A stretch of DNA of 64,000 nucleotides from Rhina ancylostomus (Eukaryota). Under the pieces are notes generated by a model that was not told the DNA's origin, did not search any database, and saw only the letters and a program-made list of their open reading frames with translations. The stretch covers positions 24,013,494 through 24,077,493 of the forward strand of contig JARFYF010000029.1 of assembly GCA_030265395.1 (NCBI GenBank). The letters are read 5' to 3'. Positions 25,016-37,136 of this stretch are shown here, in pieces; positions within the stretch are counted from its first letter, which is position 1; every line of letters starts with the position of its first letter. The position numbers and the translations under genes are program-made.

Positions 25016-26381
25016 AAGGTATGGGGAGGTTGGGGTGGGAAGATGGTGGGGTGGTGCTAGGTATGAACAGTAATCGTTGTTCCCAGGACGAGTCGTAACA
25101 GCCACGGGGATCACTGAGATTATAGAGTGGGTTTTCTAGAACGGTAATCTGGCTCCTATCAGTGCACAGGTCTGTTGCCTCCACTGATTGGAGCCAGGCT
25201 TAGGAAGCAATGACTGAAAGATGGAGAAGTGGTGGAGAAGATGTGATGGTGGCAGCACAGAGGAGAGGCAAGGTCTGGGCAGGACTGGCCAAGCCAGGCA
25301 GTTCTTCCCTTCCCCGCATGTGCTGCCACTCAAGTGCACCCCCCCCCCCGCCCCCCACTCATTTGCAGCTCTCTTGATTGAATGTGGCAGCTGAAGGCTC
25401 CGCAAGTCAGGAGAATGAACAAGGAGCACCTCAGGTTGCTCCTCACCACGACAACATTTAATGTGGCTTGGCAGGTGTGGAGGAGACTCTCAGTCATTCT
25501 TAACCGATCAGCTATCAAAACCCCAGCCTGGTCATGGGGGAGAGTAAAAATTCCTTAGCAGTACAGTCCTATCCCTCACACTGCTGATTTAACCTGTTTG
25601 TACAGATTTTTATGCTTCATTAGAAATACAATGCACATCTAATAAAGCATATATAATTATAAAAGCTGATGGATATTACATATAAAAATATTGAGTTGTT
25701 AGTCAAACAGCCTATTCATCAAGACATAATTTGATCGATTTTCATATTTACAAACCTAGATTTTATGACCTCACTGCACCAAATGCTGTTAATTGAGGGT
25801 GAGCACCATTATCACAACATCAGTTTAACAGTGAGAAATAATGTATTACATCATCGTATCAATAACTGTTACAATCCATTTGTACCACTTAACAAGCAAG
25901 GTTGACACCTAACTTGAAATATGAAATTTATAAGCTTTGAGATTGGTTGCCTTGAAATTTCTTGGGTCATGGAAATTATTACAAATTTTCTTTAGATAAT
26001 TAAAGCAGCAAAATGAATGCTTATTAATCAAACCTTGCCATGATTTCTCAAAAGACCATAAAAAAAACAAGAGCAGGAGTAGGTCACATCATCTTTTGAG
26101 CCTGCTCTGCCTTTCAATTAAATCATAATTGATCTCTTGTTGGCCTCAGCACCATTTTCTTGCCTGTTGACATCAACTTCCAACTCCACTGGGGTCCAGA
26201 AAACTTGCCCATCTCCTTGATTATAGTCAGCTTCTATTGCTCTCTAGGGGGAGAGAATTCTAAAGATTCATAGTCTTTACAGAAGAAATTCTTTCTCACC
26301 TCCATCTTAAATGGTCCTGCCTTATTCTGAAACTATGCCTATCTTTCAACATCTACTCTGTCAGTCCCTCAAAGAATCATG

Positions 26382-26616
26382 GAAACACAGGAGACTGCAA
26401 ATGCTAGGATCTGGAGTGACCCACAAAAACTAGAGGAACTCAGCAATTCAGGCAGGCACATGGAGGGAAATGGACAGTTGGCGTTTTCGGTTGAGACCCT
26501 ACAATTGGACTGAGATGAGTCCAGATGAAGGTCTCGACCCGAAACATTGGCTGTCCATTTCCCTCTATAGACGCTGCCTGACCCACTGAGTTCCTTCAGC
26601 TTTTTGTGCGTTGCCC
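26382..26616. mobile_element. Palindromic non-autonomous Penelope-derived element (two inverted terminal repeats)
   Basis: The left arm GAGGAACTCAGC...CAGGCAG...GAGGGAAATGGACAG...TTCGGTTGAGACC pairs with the right arm GGTCTCGACCCGAAA...CTGTCCATTTCCCTC...CTGCCTG...CTGAGTTCCTTC. Possible TSD CAAAGAATCATG/CAAAAAATCACG. Confidence 0.75.
26517..26553 (+). ncRNA. Decayed minimal hammerhead ribozyme motif of a Penelope terminal repeat
   Basis: GAGTC-CAGATGA-AGGTCTCGACCC-GAAAC-ATT-GGCTG: CUGANGA-like box (U to A), stem II, GAAA box. The cleavage triplet is decayed. Confidence 0.5.
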
Positions 26617-26769
26617 CAAAAAATCACGTTTCAATAAGATCATCTCTCATTTTTCTAAACACCCAATATACATAGACCTAACCTGCTCAACCTCTCCTTG
26701 TAAGATAGCCTCTTTACTCCTTCTCTGAACTACCTTAAAGACAAGCATATAACTCCTCAGCATCAGGAC

Positions 26770-26886
26770 CCTATTTCAGTCTGAATCATTAACCCTATTT
26801 CTCTTTCCACAGATGCTGTTCAATCTGCTCTATGCTCATAGCATTTTCTATTTTTATTTCAGGTTTCCAGCATCTGCAGTTTTTTT
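26770..26886 (+). mobile_element. Older Penelope terminal-repeat fragment
   Basis: TCTCTTTCCACAGATGCTG...AGCATTTTCTATTTTTATTTCAGGTTTCCAGCATCTGCAGTTTT. Confidence 0.6.
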
Positions 26887-27929
26887 AAATGATTTTTCAG
26901 TTATTGTTGGAACTGATAAAACTGCATTGGTGCAATAATTGAACAAGTTATGAGTTTTAGTGCACTAATTTGACAAAAGGAAAATTACAACTTGCCATAA
27001 TCAAAGTTTATGGTATGTAAATGTGGTTACAGTTATCACTTATTACCAAAAGGAACCTGTTTGTCTCTGATCCATTTTGCATTAAGAGAACAGCATTCAA
27101 GTTTTTTTCCCCCCCCACTGTACTCATTTTCTTTGCACTCATGATATCTGTTTTGGAGGTTTTCTTTTATTCATGCTATCATCAGAAGGGCATTTACATT
27201 TTAAATCAGTATTTCTGGTGGTCAAAGAATCTTCCTGGACAGAAAACATCCTCTCGATGCGATGGTGATGCATTCATAGTTTCAAGCAAAGTCAGAACAG
27301 GCAATAGCAATCCAGGCAGCTAAACAAATATTGTTCCCTCCACTTGAACAGTAGGAAAGGATCATTGCAACTAATGGTGTGCAAGTAACAGACTATAACT
27401 CTGCAAATTAGCACACTCATAAAAGGTCCCTTCAAACAAATTTACTATTTTCTAGAAAGCTGAACCATTCAATGACCGTATCTTACACCAGGTCATCAAT
27501 TTGGATCTATGACTCTCAACACAGAAAGCTCCTAATTTTCAACATACTATTCAGTTGAAGAATGAAGGGGAAGGTGTTTGCTTCTTTGCAATGAAGGAGA
27601 GATATTTTGGCGCGTCACCTCAGACAATTTCAAGTAGTTCAAACAAGAACTGTTACAGTGGAAATGAATAAGACATTTGTACATTGATTATGTAGGATAT
27701 AATTCAATTTTTAATTCTTCAGAGTTTGTTTGGTCCTGCAGTTTGAAAGAGCAAATTTAGCCCATTCCCCTTTATTCATCTTGGGTTTGTGCCTATTTGC
27801 TATGCCTTTCTAACAATTACTAAAGTTGCACAACTTCATTTCACCATAGAAGCAAAGCTTTAAATCAAAAAGGCTTATCTTCATCATACCATAAATAGAT
27901 ACATTATTTCTCTGGTAACCATCAAGCAA

Positions 27930-28225
27930 GATGTAGGGAGAATTTTTTTCCCCAACTGAGGACTCTAGAACAAGAAGGAAATGTTTGAGAACAAGAGGTT
28001 GGTTATTAAGGACTGAGATGAGGAAAAATTTCTTCACTCAGAGGATGGTGAACCTTTGAGATTCTCTACTCAGGAGAGCCGGTTAATTGAAAACACAGTT
28101 CAATAGATTTCTAGATATGAAGGGAATCAAGGGAAGTGGTGATAATGCTGGAAAATGGTGCCAATAAGCTATGGCAGAGCAGGATCAAAGGGCCAGATGG
28201 CTTACTCCAGCTCCTCTTTATATTC
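27930..28225 (+). mobile_element. CR1 LINE 3' end
   Basis: TCTAGAACAAG...AGGACTGAGATGAGGAAAAATTTCTTCACTCAGAGG...GGCAGAGCAGGATCAAAGGGCCAGATGGCTTACTCC. Confidence 0.75.
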
Positions 28226-29544
28226 TAATTACATTTGGAATTTAATTGATGAATCAATGTCAGCATGTTATCTATAGTGCACCTTCAATTAAAACAAAAA
28301 TGGTTCAACCATGAAACATAGGAAATAGTGGTATAACACCAATTTTGAAGACTCTGAAGGTCAAGGATTATTTCCTATTTTGTGGAGCTCTATGATTTTA
28401 GTAGGACCAAAGTCCAGAAAGATAATTTGAGGTCACATAGGAGTCATGATTTTTTTCTTCAAAATGCCTTGTAAAACGTGACTGGAAAAAGAAGACCCAT
28501 TAAGTATGAAGGAGCAGGGAAGTAATAGCCTTAGCCAAGTAGATAATGGAAGGAAATCGTGGCACAAGCGAAAATGGAACGGTTAGCAACATCAGTTGAT
28601 AAGCTAGCCCTCAAACTTGCTGTTGTGCTTTCAACCACATACTGTCAATGTGTTAACTATTTAATTTGTATGAAATTATATACATTCAGAAAGTTGCATT
28701 CAATGAGATTAGTTTGAAAACATTTTCTAGAATAAAGTTGTAATTATAAAAAGCAGAATGAAAAGACTCATTAATTCATACAAGGTGGTACTCTTTGTCA
28801 CTGGACTAACAAGCTCTCATGTCAAATAATAAAATGCAGATTTACTCCCGATTCCCAAAAAGGTCACATTTTGTGAATTCTTGATGTCAGCTTGGTGGAC
28901 TGGAGAAGACACTTCCCCAGAGGGAGAAAAAAAATTGGGTAAGTCAACATGGTTCATTGTCGCACACCTCCTAGTGATTTACATGAGCTGCATTGGAAGA
29001 CTCCAAGTGGGTTGGACTGGAGAACACTTAGGAGGTAGAAAAAAACAAAAGACAAAATAAAAATCAATGACAATTTACTTCAGATCACATACACTCTGAA
29101 GGTCCACACTAATGCACTCAAAGTTGAAATTTTCCCATTTAGCTTCAGCACTTTGCAGTTAAATTAATTTTTACCTTCTACAGTTAGATTAACCAAATTT
29201 TCATGCAGTTGTTTCAATTATTAGATGAGCAAAATACTCTAAATATTCCATACAAGGGAAGAACTATAATATCACTTCCAGAGAAGATCGGCTTATAGCA
29301 ACAGAGGGGGTGGGGGGAGGGACTGAAATACTGTGCCTTTCTAATGAAAATCTGAAATACCTCTTTGTGATCAGGAGAAACAGGCTACAAAATAAGGTGT
29401 TTTGTTGAACTCTTCCAACTGCAAAAATAAAAGTTTGTTCACCTTTTAAGATTTTGTTCAATGGAATAGAAAATGTGAAAAATAAAAGGTCATCCACTTT
29501 GGAAAGAAGATTGAATGGACAAATTATACAAATGGAGTGAGGCT

Positions 29545-30515
29545 ACTAAACAAAGAGTTAACATGCAGGTAGAGCAAATAATTCAGAATGCTAATAGAAA
29601 GTTGGCTTTTAATGCAAAGGGTGTGTGTGGAATGTAAATGTAGTCTTGGTCTCCATTTTTAAAGGAAAACTATACTTGCATTGGAGCCAGTGCAGAGAAG
29701 ATTCATTGATTCATGGGGTGATATATATTAAGAAAGACTGTGTAGGCCAGGCCTATGCTCACAGGAATTTAGAAGAATAAGAATTAATCTTTTTGATAGA
29801 GTGACAAATAGAGTGGACAGCCAGCATCTTTTCCCCAGGGTGGCAGTGGCCAACACTAGAGGTCACCTGTTTAAGGCATGTGGAGGAAAGTTCAGGGGAG
29901 ATGTCAGAGGTAGGTTTTTCTTTTACACAGAGAGCGGTGGGTGCCTGGAATGCACTGCCTGGATGGTGGTAGGGGCCAATAGGATAAGGTCATTTAAGAG
30001 ACTNNNNNNNNNNNNNNNNNNNNNNNNNNNNNNNNNNNNNNNNNNNNNNNNNNNNNNNNNNNNNNNNNNNNNNNNNNNNNNNNNNNNNNNNNNNNNNNNN
30101 NNNNNNNNNNNNNNNNNNNNNNNNNNNNNNNNNNNNNNNNNNNNNNNNNNNNNNNNNNNNNNNNNNNNNNNNNNNNNNNNNNNNNNNNNNNNNNNNNNNN
30201 NNNNNNNNNNNNNNNNNNNNNNNNNNNNNNNNNNNNNNNNNNNNNNNNNNNNNNNNNNNNNNNNNNNNNNNNNNNNNNNNNNNNNNNNNNNNNNNNNNNN
30301 NNNNNNNNNNNNNNNNNNNNNNNNNNNNNNNNNNNNNNNNNNNNNNNNNNNNNNNNNNNNNNNNNNNNNNNNNNNNNNNNNNNNNNNNNNNNNNNNNNNN
30401 NNNNNNNNNNNNNNNNNNNNNGTGGTATTCAGGTCAAGATTGGATTTGCCTCAATCTTTCTTGAATAGGTGAGCGGATTAGCCTACTCCCATTCCATTTC
30501 TATGTTGTTATGTTT
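29545..30515 (+). mobile_element. CR1 LINE fragments spanning a gap, possibly two nested subfamilies
   Basis: CATGCAGGTAGAGCAA...GTGCAGAGAAGATTCA, then the peptide RVDSQHLFPRV...TRGHLFK...KFRGDVRGRFF. A CR1 tail follows the gap. Confidence 0.75.
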
Positions 30516-30875
30516 CTCATGTCATGTGAAGTCAATGGAATGAATTTTGAAGATTTATATATTGCATTTAGTGCTAATAACTGGGAATGAATTTCTAGGC
30601 AATTATTCTTTGCCTGAACGATTCACTCCACAGATCTTTAGAATGATGTCCATGAGATAGTCTTTGAACAATCATAGAGATCCTTATTCCACTGCTCAGA
30701 AAAGTTCAGACAGAAATCAGAAAACTTTTAACAATTATGTGAGAGGAAAGTCAGAGCTATTGTTTCAACAATGGATTAATTATTTCCAGGATTAGCATGG
30801 CCCCTACGTAGTTAATACTGAGCAAAGGCAACAATCTAAAAAGAATGGCATGCATATTAATTTCCATCTGAAAGG

Positions 30876-31098
30876 TTAAAATAAAAACAAAAGTATGCAG
30901 GAAACACTCAGCAGATCAGAAAGCATCTGTGAAAATAGAAACAGAACTAATGTTTCATATCAAAGACTCTTCATTCAAACTGGGAGAGGCAGAAAAAAAA
31001 TGTTAATTCTTTTTTTAATTTCCACAGTTGCTGCCTGACCTGCTATGTGTTTCCAGCATTTTCTGTTTTTATTTCAGATCTCCATTTGCAATTTTTGC
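30876..31098. mobile_element. Palindromic Penelope-derived element, older subfamily
   Basis: AAATAAAAACAAAAG..ATGCAGGAAACACTCAGCAGATCAG..AGCATCTGTGAAAA is inverted relative to TTTCCACAGTTGCTGCCTGACCTGCTATGTGTTTCCAGCATTTTCTGTTTTTATTT. Confidence 0.7.
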
Positions 31099-33054
31099 AA
31101 AGATTTATTGATCTCATAAAAGGTGAACATTGTTGAGCACAATGCTGTATGACTCACAAAATAAGGAAGGCTATGCTAAAAGATATATTAATCTGATTAG
31201 AGAATATTTGTACACTGATATTGAAATAGTTAATAGTAAACCTGAAATCACAAATGCGTATAACTGTCATTTAACTTTAATTTTTGTTTTTAATAGGTAA
31301 AAGAGATGTGTCAGAATTGATGGCCACTGCATAATTTTTCTCACTCTTATTCTTCCTTTCACTATTAGAGCAGTTTTTCTACAGAAGCTCCATGTTTTAC
31401 AATTCTCTATCAATACTAAGAGTATTATCTGAAAACTGACATGAGAAATTACTGAACTGCTGTATTCTATTTGTAATTTCTCCTCTTACCATACAATAAA
31501 GCAGATGTAAGCACCTTTACAAAACACAAGAGACAATTTAAACAAAATTATATTAATTGCCTTCAAAATTGCTAACCAGCATCTCAGAGGTTTTGGGAAA
31601 TGAAGTAGGGTAGCCAACTGCGTTCAAATGAAATGAAATATAGAATTGCTTTCAACATGATGCAGAAAATCTAAATGGGAAATCACTAAAAATAGAAGAT
31701 CATAGACTGATGCAAAAGAGTCTTGTATCTGTAATATATGGAAAAGAAATTAATTTGAAGAACAAAGGATATAGTACTTAAAAGTAGATATGTGGCTTTT
31801 TTGATCCTTCATTTGCCATTCATAATTCTCTTAGAGGTCCATGTTCAAAAAGGAGAATCTGTCTGCTTTGAGTCCAAAGGCAGGTAGAAGCACAGATCTG
31901 CCAAACTGCAGCTCTTTGGAATGAAACCTCAATAAGAACACTTGGTAAGGCATGGACAATATCCCAGGTCATTACTTTGGAGATTTAAGCTAACTGCTCA
32001 AGTTACAAACTTGCTTGCGTGCAAATAACTTAAAACATCCTCTAATCTGCACAGAGAATATCTTCTGTCAATTTCACAGAGCACTGACTAATTATGTACC
32101 ACCCAGCCACAGCAGTAATTCCAACAGCTCTGTGTCATAACAGAAGAATATCCAATAGTCACACAACAGTCTCTACATTTTATCTTGTTGAGTAGAAATA
32201 GAAATCTGAGATTGATTGAACTGGATTAAACTTGTCTTCTACTTGGTCCTTTTTCCAGATCTCAAGTCCACATTGAATACAAGAGAGGCTCCATCTAATT
32301 GTAGCCTGGTTGATTGTGTGACATATTGAATAAAAATTAATGATGCTTCATGTTGTGACTTGATAGGTTCTTAGCACATTTCTTGCTCTAGCTAACAAAG
32401 GCAAAAATTAGTCCAGTGCAAGTCAATACAGGTCTTCTGAATATTGACAAGTTCAGCATTAGCTTCAGCATCTAAAGGCATTTCAACTCCCCACACAGAA
32501 AAGCTACAATTTCAAACACTATTTTGATGGATTTGGCAACTGTCATTTGCATTTTAAACAATAAAATAGAAGACATAGAAATCATTTCTGTAGGACCCAT
32601 GGCTCTTGTAGTCTTTCAGTTTTGCCTCTTTGCTTAACACAGGGGAACCTGAAAGCTTGAAAACAAGGTCAAAAGTGCCCTATTCCCATCATTTCATACC
32701 AGCTATAGTCATCTGACAGAGATGGTTACTTACAAGATCTGTTAATTCCTGTCAGGATTGACTACAAACTTATCTGGAAAACTTATGATTCAAAAGGAGC
32801 TAGTCTGTTGGAGCAAACTTTCTTATCCCAGTTATACTTGTGATTCTGTTAATCCAGTGCAGTCTTTAGATTCAAGAATGAAAACTGACATGAATATAGA
32901 TGGTTCAGTAATTCATTTTGGCCCTTTTGCTACATTTGTTTGCAAAGGCTCACAGCCATTTTTCTCAAAACATGATGCTCAGTTTGGTCAAGGTGCCCAT
33001 GATTTCTGTACCAGATACATGAAAGCCAGAGGAACAAATCACTTTCAAAATTAA

Positions 33055-33108
33055 GACACAAGAGATTCTGCAGATGCTGGAATCCGGAGCAACACATACA
33101 AAAGTGTT
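33055..33108 (-). mobile_element. 54-bp truncated Penelope terminus with a 14-bp TSD
   Basis: GACACAAGAGATTCTGCAGATGCTGGAATCCGGAGCAACACA flanked by identical ACTTTCAAAATTAA (33041-33054 and 33109-33122). Confidence 0.8.
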
Positions 33109-34372
33109 ACTTTCAAAATTAAAGTATGATAAAGTCATCAAGACTTTGTCCAGTTTTGTTGAGTAGGCCCCCACCACTCTGCAATTATATTCGCCAGTTC
33201 TGCTCATGTGCGCTGCAAAATCGACACAGATTCCTGAACCACTGCTGGATTCCATGTGGGATCCAGAGAAGATGTGCAGCCAGGAAACAACTGGCAGTGT
33301 TTCTGCAGTAGGTTCAGGATTTCTGCTTTTGTGCAAGAAACCCAGTGAGATGCAAGGCAAGGATTGTGAATACAATTTGTTGAGTGATGAGGTGCTGGCA
33401 CAGATTTATAAGGATACAGACAGTGTCTGAAAAGTTGAGGGAAGGACATGTGCTGAGTTTTATACAGATATGACTTCAAGGAAGGTGGAAATGAGAGATT
33501 GGAATGGACTGTAGTACAAATAACGTAATCCATAATTGTATAATTTGTTGTAACCTAAGGCCACTGATTTAGAATTTTGTTGTGGTTGTATTTCTTTGTT
33601 ATTTTGCTATATGGACCTACTGGTGGAACATGGAATTAAACTGGGTAACTCTTTCTGACCATCAAGGCATAACAATCAGTGTATTAACTATAGGTTTTTT
33701 ATATATTAATGGAACCCAAGAACTTGATCATCATAAGGTTCATGCAGGCTGCTATTGCTAAGGGTAGAGGTGTACAAATGTAATTTTGTGAAGGTTGACG
33801 GAAACTGTTATGGTGAGAGATTTGAGGAAAGTGGTCTCATTTTTTTGAGTACATATTTTGCTTTTAGGTATCAAGTTTATCAGTTCTGTTTTCTATTGGA
33901 TAACAAATTACAGGTTAAAGCTTAGTTATACCTTTTTTACTTATGCACTTAATTGTTAAGTACTGTGGTAGCTAAAGCTATGACCTAGAATTAGCATTAA
34001 ACAGCTTAGTGAAGGGAAGGGTATGTCTTGGGGTTCAACGAGGAAAAGAGTAAAAGCTGGAGGATCGTTCTTGAGTTTGGCAACACCTTGAGAGAAGGAG
34101 ATAAGGGAAGTCAAATTCCAGTGCCCTGCAGAAAAGGAAGCTTTGGTTTGTGGATAATAATAGGTTTCTAAGTTTAAAAAGAAGCTCACTGGAATTTGGT
34201 AAAACTGTTACCTCTAGTTCTGCAGCACATTAATGGCCCTTGGAGCATACATGCACTTTATATTTGCCTAAACTTATTGTAGTGAGCCTTTTAAATGATG
34301 CTTTAGTTCAGTTTATTGCTTAAGACAGTTACAGTGTTATAAGTTAAAATTAATCTAACAATGTTATGAGGA

Positions 34373-34925
34373 GATACAAGAGACTGATGATGCTGGAATC
34401 TGCAGCAACTCAAAAAGCTGGGGAAACTCAGTGGGTCAGGCAGCATCAACGGAGGGAAAAGGACAGTCGATGATTCGGATTGAGACCTTTCATCTGGACT
34501 GAAAGATAGGGGGTAGGTAGCCAGTTAAAAAAGATGGAGGGAAGGGGTGAAGCAAGAGCTGGCAGGTGATCATTGGATGTAGGTGAGGGGGGTGATAGGC
34601 ATTTGAGGGAATGANNNNNNNNNNNNNNNNNNNNNNNNNNNNNNNNNNNNNNNNNNNNNNNNNNNNNNNNNNNNNNNNNNNNNNNNNNNNNNNNNNNNNN
34701 NNNNNNNNNNNNNNNNNNNNNNNNNNNNNNNNGTAGTGGGGGAGAGGGACCAATGGAAGGAATGTGTGGGTGATGGCCAGATGGAAAGGGGAAAGAGACG
34801 GCGATGGGGGCTAGATAGATCAGGAGGAGAGTAGAGGAGCAGTTTACCAGAAGATGGAGAATTCAAATGTTCATGCCACCAGGCTCCGGACTACTCAGGA
34901 GGAATACAAGGTGCCATTCCTCTAA
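34373..34925 (-). mobile_element. Penelope 3' end (endonuclease C-terminus and terminal repeat), gap inside
   Basis: Minus-strand EWHLVFLLSSPEPGGMNI (cf. EQHLIFRLGxLQPxGxNIEF). Terminal repeat ACAAGAGACTG..GATGCTGGAATCT...AACTCAGTGGGTCAGGCAGCATC. Confidence 0.8.
34464..34501 (-). ncRNA. Decayed minimal hammerhead ribozyme motif
   Basis: Minus strand CAGTC-CAGATGA-AAGGTCTCAATCC-GAATC-ATC-GACTG: perfect stem I (CAGTC/GACTG) and an AUC triplet, with core substitutions. Confidence 0.5.
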
Positions 34926-35466
34926 TGTCATGATACTTTTTTTAATCCAGCTTTTCAAGTTTAAAGTAATGCACCATGCTGCTGCAAACAAATTTAAAGA
35001 ATGTGGTAGTGTAAGAATATACCTTTGATTTTAGTAGTATTACATATTGGGGCAATCAAAAATTAGAAAAATTAAAACATGCAAACAAGAGATTGACAAT
35101 GTCATGTAATCTGCTTTATAACAGCAAAGTTAAAACAGTGTATGAAGCTGTTTTAGAGAATGTGGTAATATTGAAGCAAAAGAAAATTTTTGAATCGAGA
35201 TGGAGTTCTTTTTAATCAATGAAAAAATGATAATTATTTCATTCTAAAATGTCAAACATGACAAGCCATGTGCCTGTTAAATAATGCTTTTTCATATCTC
35301 AGAGTGAGAATCATTAATTGATTATTTTTTGCTAGATATAACATTAAGAGCAGGTGTAATTAAAAGTACTGCAGGTCTTATCTGAGAAAGCTATTGGCAT
35401 ATAGAAGGTACAAGTTCTTCCTTAAGTTTTAATAAAATTAATATTAATAAAAGCAGTTATTACCAA

Positions 35467-35499
35467 ATGTTCTATGCACTAGCATAGTGCATAGAACAT
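35467..35499. repeat. Perfect inverted repeat, 15-bp stem with GCA triloop
   Basis: ATGTTCTATGCACTA-GCA-TAGTGCATAGAACAT. Confidence 0.9.
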
Positions 35500-35874
35500 A
35501 CCAGCTATGATCAACATTATGATAGTTGACCACTATCATAATGTAATTTCTTAAAGTAGAGAAATTGAAACTTTGAGCACCAATGGTTCTGTTTACGTGG
35601 CAGACCTCTGTCCCGTAGATGGTTAACTCCATGTTAAACACCTTCAGGTGTGGGTCAGTTCAAAATTAAAATAAAGTCACGAAAAAGTGACTAAATGGTT
35701 AAAAATCCCGAAGACCTGAAGAAAGCATTACTTGTACCTGGCTTCTAAACTGCGAGCAGCTACCTTCCAATCTCACAAAAGAAACCTCATTTGCCCCAGC
35801 TAATTTTACAGATGGTTAGCTGAATGTGGGATTACAAAAATAAGATTTTTTTCCTTTCATGCTTTAGTGAACAC

Positions 35875-35952
35875 ATGAATAATGCCTGAATTTTGAAGCC
35901 AACCCATTAAAAATTGTAACAAAAACACTGCATTTCAGCTTTTATCAGCTGA
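35875..35952 (+). repeat. Approximately 77-bp local duplication, second copy at 37201-37277
   Basis: ATGAATAATGCCTGAATTTTGAAGCCAACCCATTAAAAATTGTAACAAAAACACTGCATTTCAG matches 37201-37277 with a few differences. Confidence 0.9.
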
Positions 35953-37136
35953 TAATATCAGTATGTGCCAAAATTATACTTTCAAATCACATTTAATAGT
36001 GTTATGTGACTATTTGCATGAAATGGAAAACCCACAAAATTCAGCTTGGAGTCATGAAATTCCTACAGCAACGACAAATTTACATTTCATCTTAATCATT
36101 TGACACAAAGCAACTGTAAAAAAAATGCCAGTTATAAAATAATTATTAGACTAGAATATTATAGTGTGGATTATATTTGAGAGTTTCTATTTCGTAACAT
36201 AAAAATTCATACAAGTTTATTTGTTGAAACTTTTATTTACTTAACATAAAAGGTTCTGGTACACAGTAGACTAAATCATGTCTTAAAACTAGTGTGGTAA
36301 GCAATATATGTCTTTCATCAATCAGTCTAGAAATAAGGCATCAAGTAAAGATGATTAAGTTTTGGTTAGTAGTTATTTACCATATCAATGTCTCCTTGCA
36401 ACATAAAAAGATTAAATTATCTTTTACTCCAATAATCATCATATTACAAGTTAAAATTTGTTTCTAGGTGATGTTTTGAAGGGAAAACTATATGTCATTA
36501 AATTCTTAGCATCTGGAAATCACTGAATGGAATGAATGCATTAACAGGATGATATTGCACATTTTACAACTGCCAATCAAGGATGGACTCAGGCATTATT
36601 CTTTCTATAACACGTTACAAAAACAAGTGGGGCTATGTGAAATGCATTGTCATGACTCAAGACTGGTTTTAATTCATTCTTGAGATGTTAGAGACACGAG
36701 CAAGGCTGTCATTTTTTTGGCCAAGCCTAACTGCCATTACAATGTAACATTGGGCACTGAGTATGGTGCAGATCTTCCACAATGATGTGGAGCAAGTTAC
36801 AATATTTTGAACTAGCAATGAAGCAACTCAGTAGTCCTGGTGCAACACACTAAGGAATAGTGTCATGCATTGGTGAGTAAGTGCGGGTTGAAGACATTGC
36901 CAAAGCATCCTTCTATTGATATGCTGCTCTTTGGGACTATGCAGATAGGGCTGTAGGTCTTCTGCTTTGTGTGATCTGACTATATCTTCCATATACTTTG
37001 AGAGTTAGGTGTGAGAGTTATAGTTGCACAAAAGTAGTTTGAAGAGGGTGAGGATATTGAGAACGTAAAGGAACAGAGGGACTTTGAAACATGTCCAGAA
37101 ATCTTTAAAGTGTAGTAGGACAGATCAATAAAGTGA

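Larger units (their letters stand above)
26056..26760 (-). mobile_element. CR1 LINE 3' fragment interrupted by a palindromic Penelope-derived element
   Basis: GAGCAGGAGTAGGTCAC...GAGAGAATTCTAAAGATTCA...GAAGAAATTCTTTCTCACCTCC. It resumes after 26620 with TTTCAATAAGATCATCTCTCATT. Confidence 0.7.
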
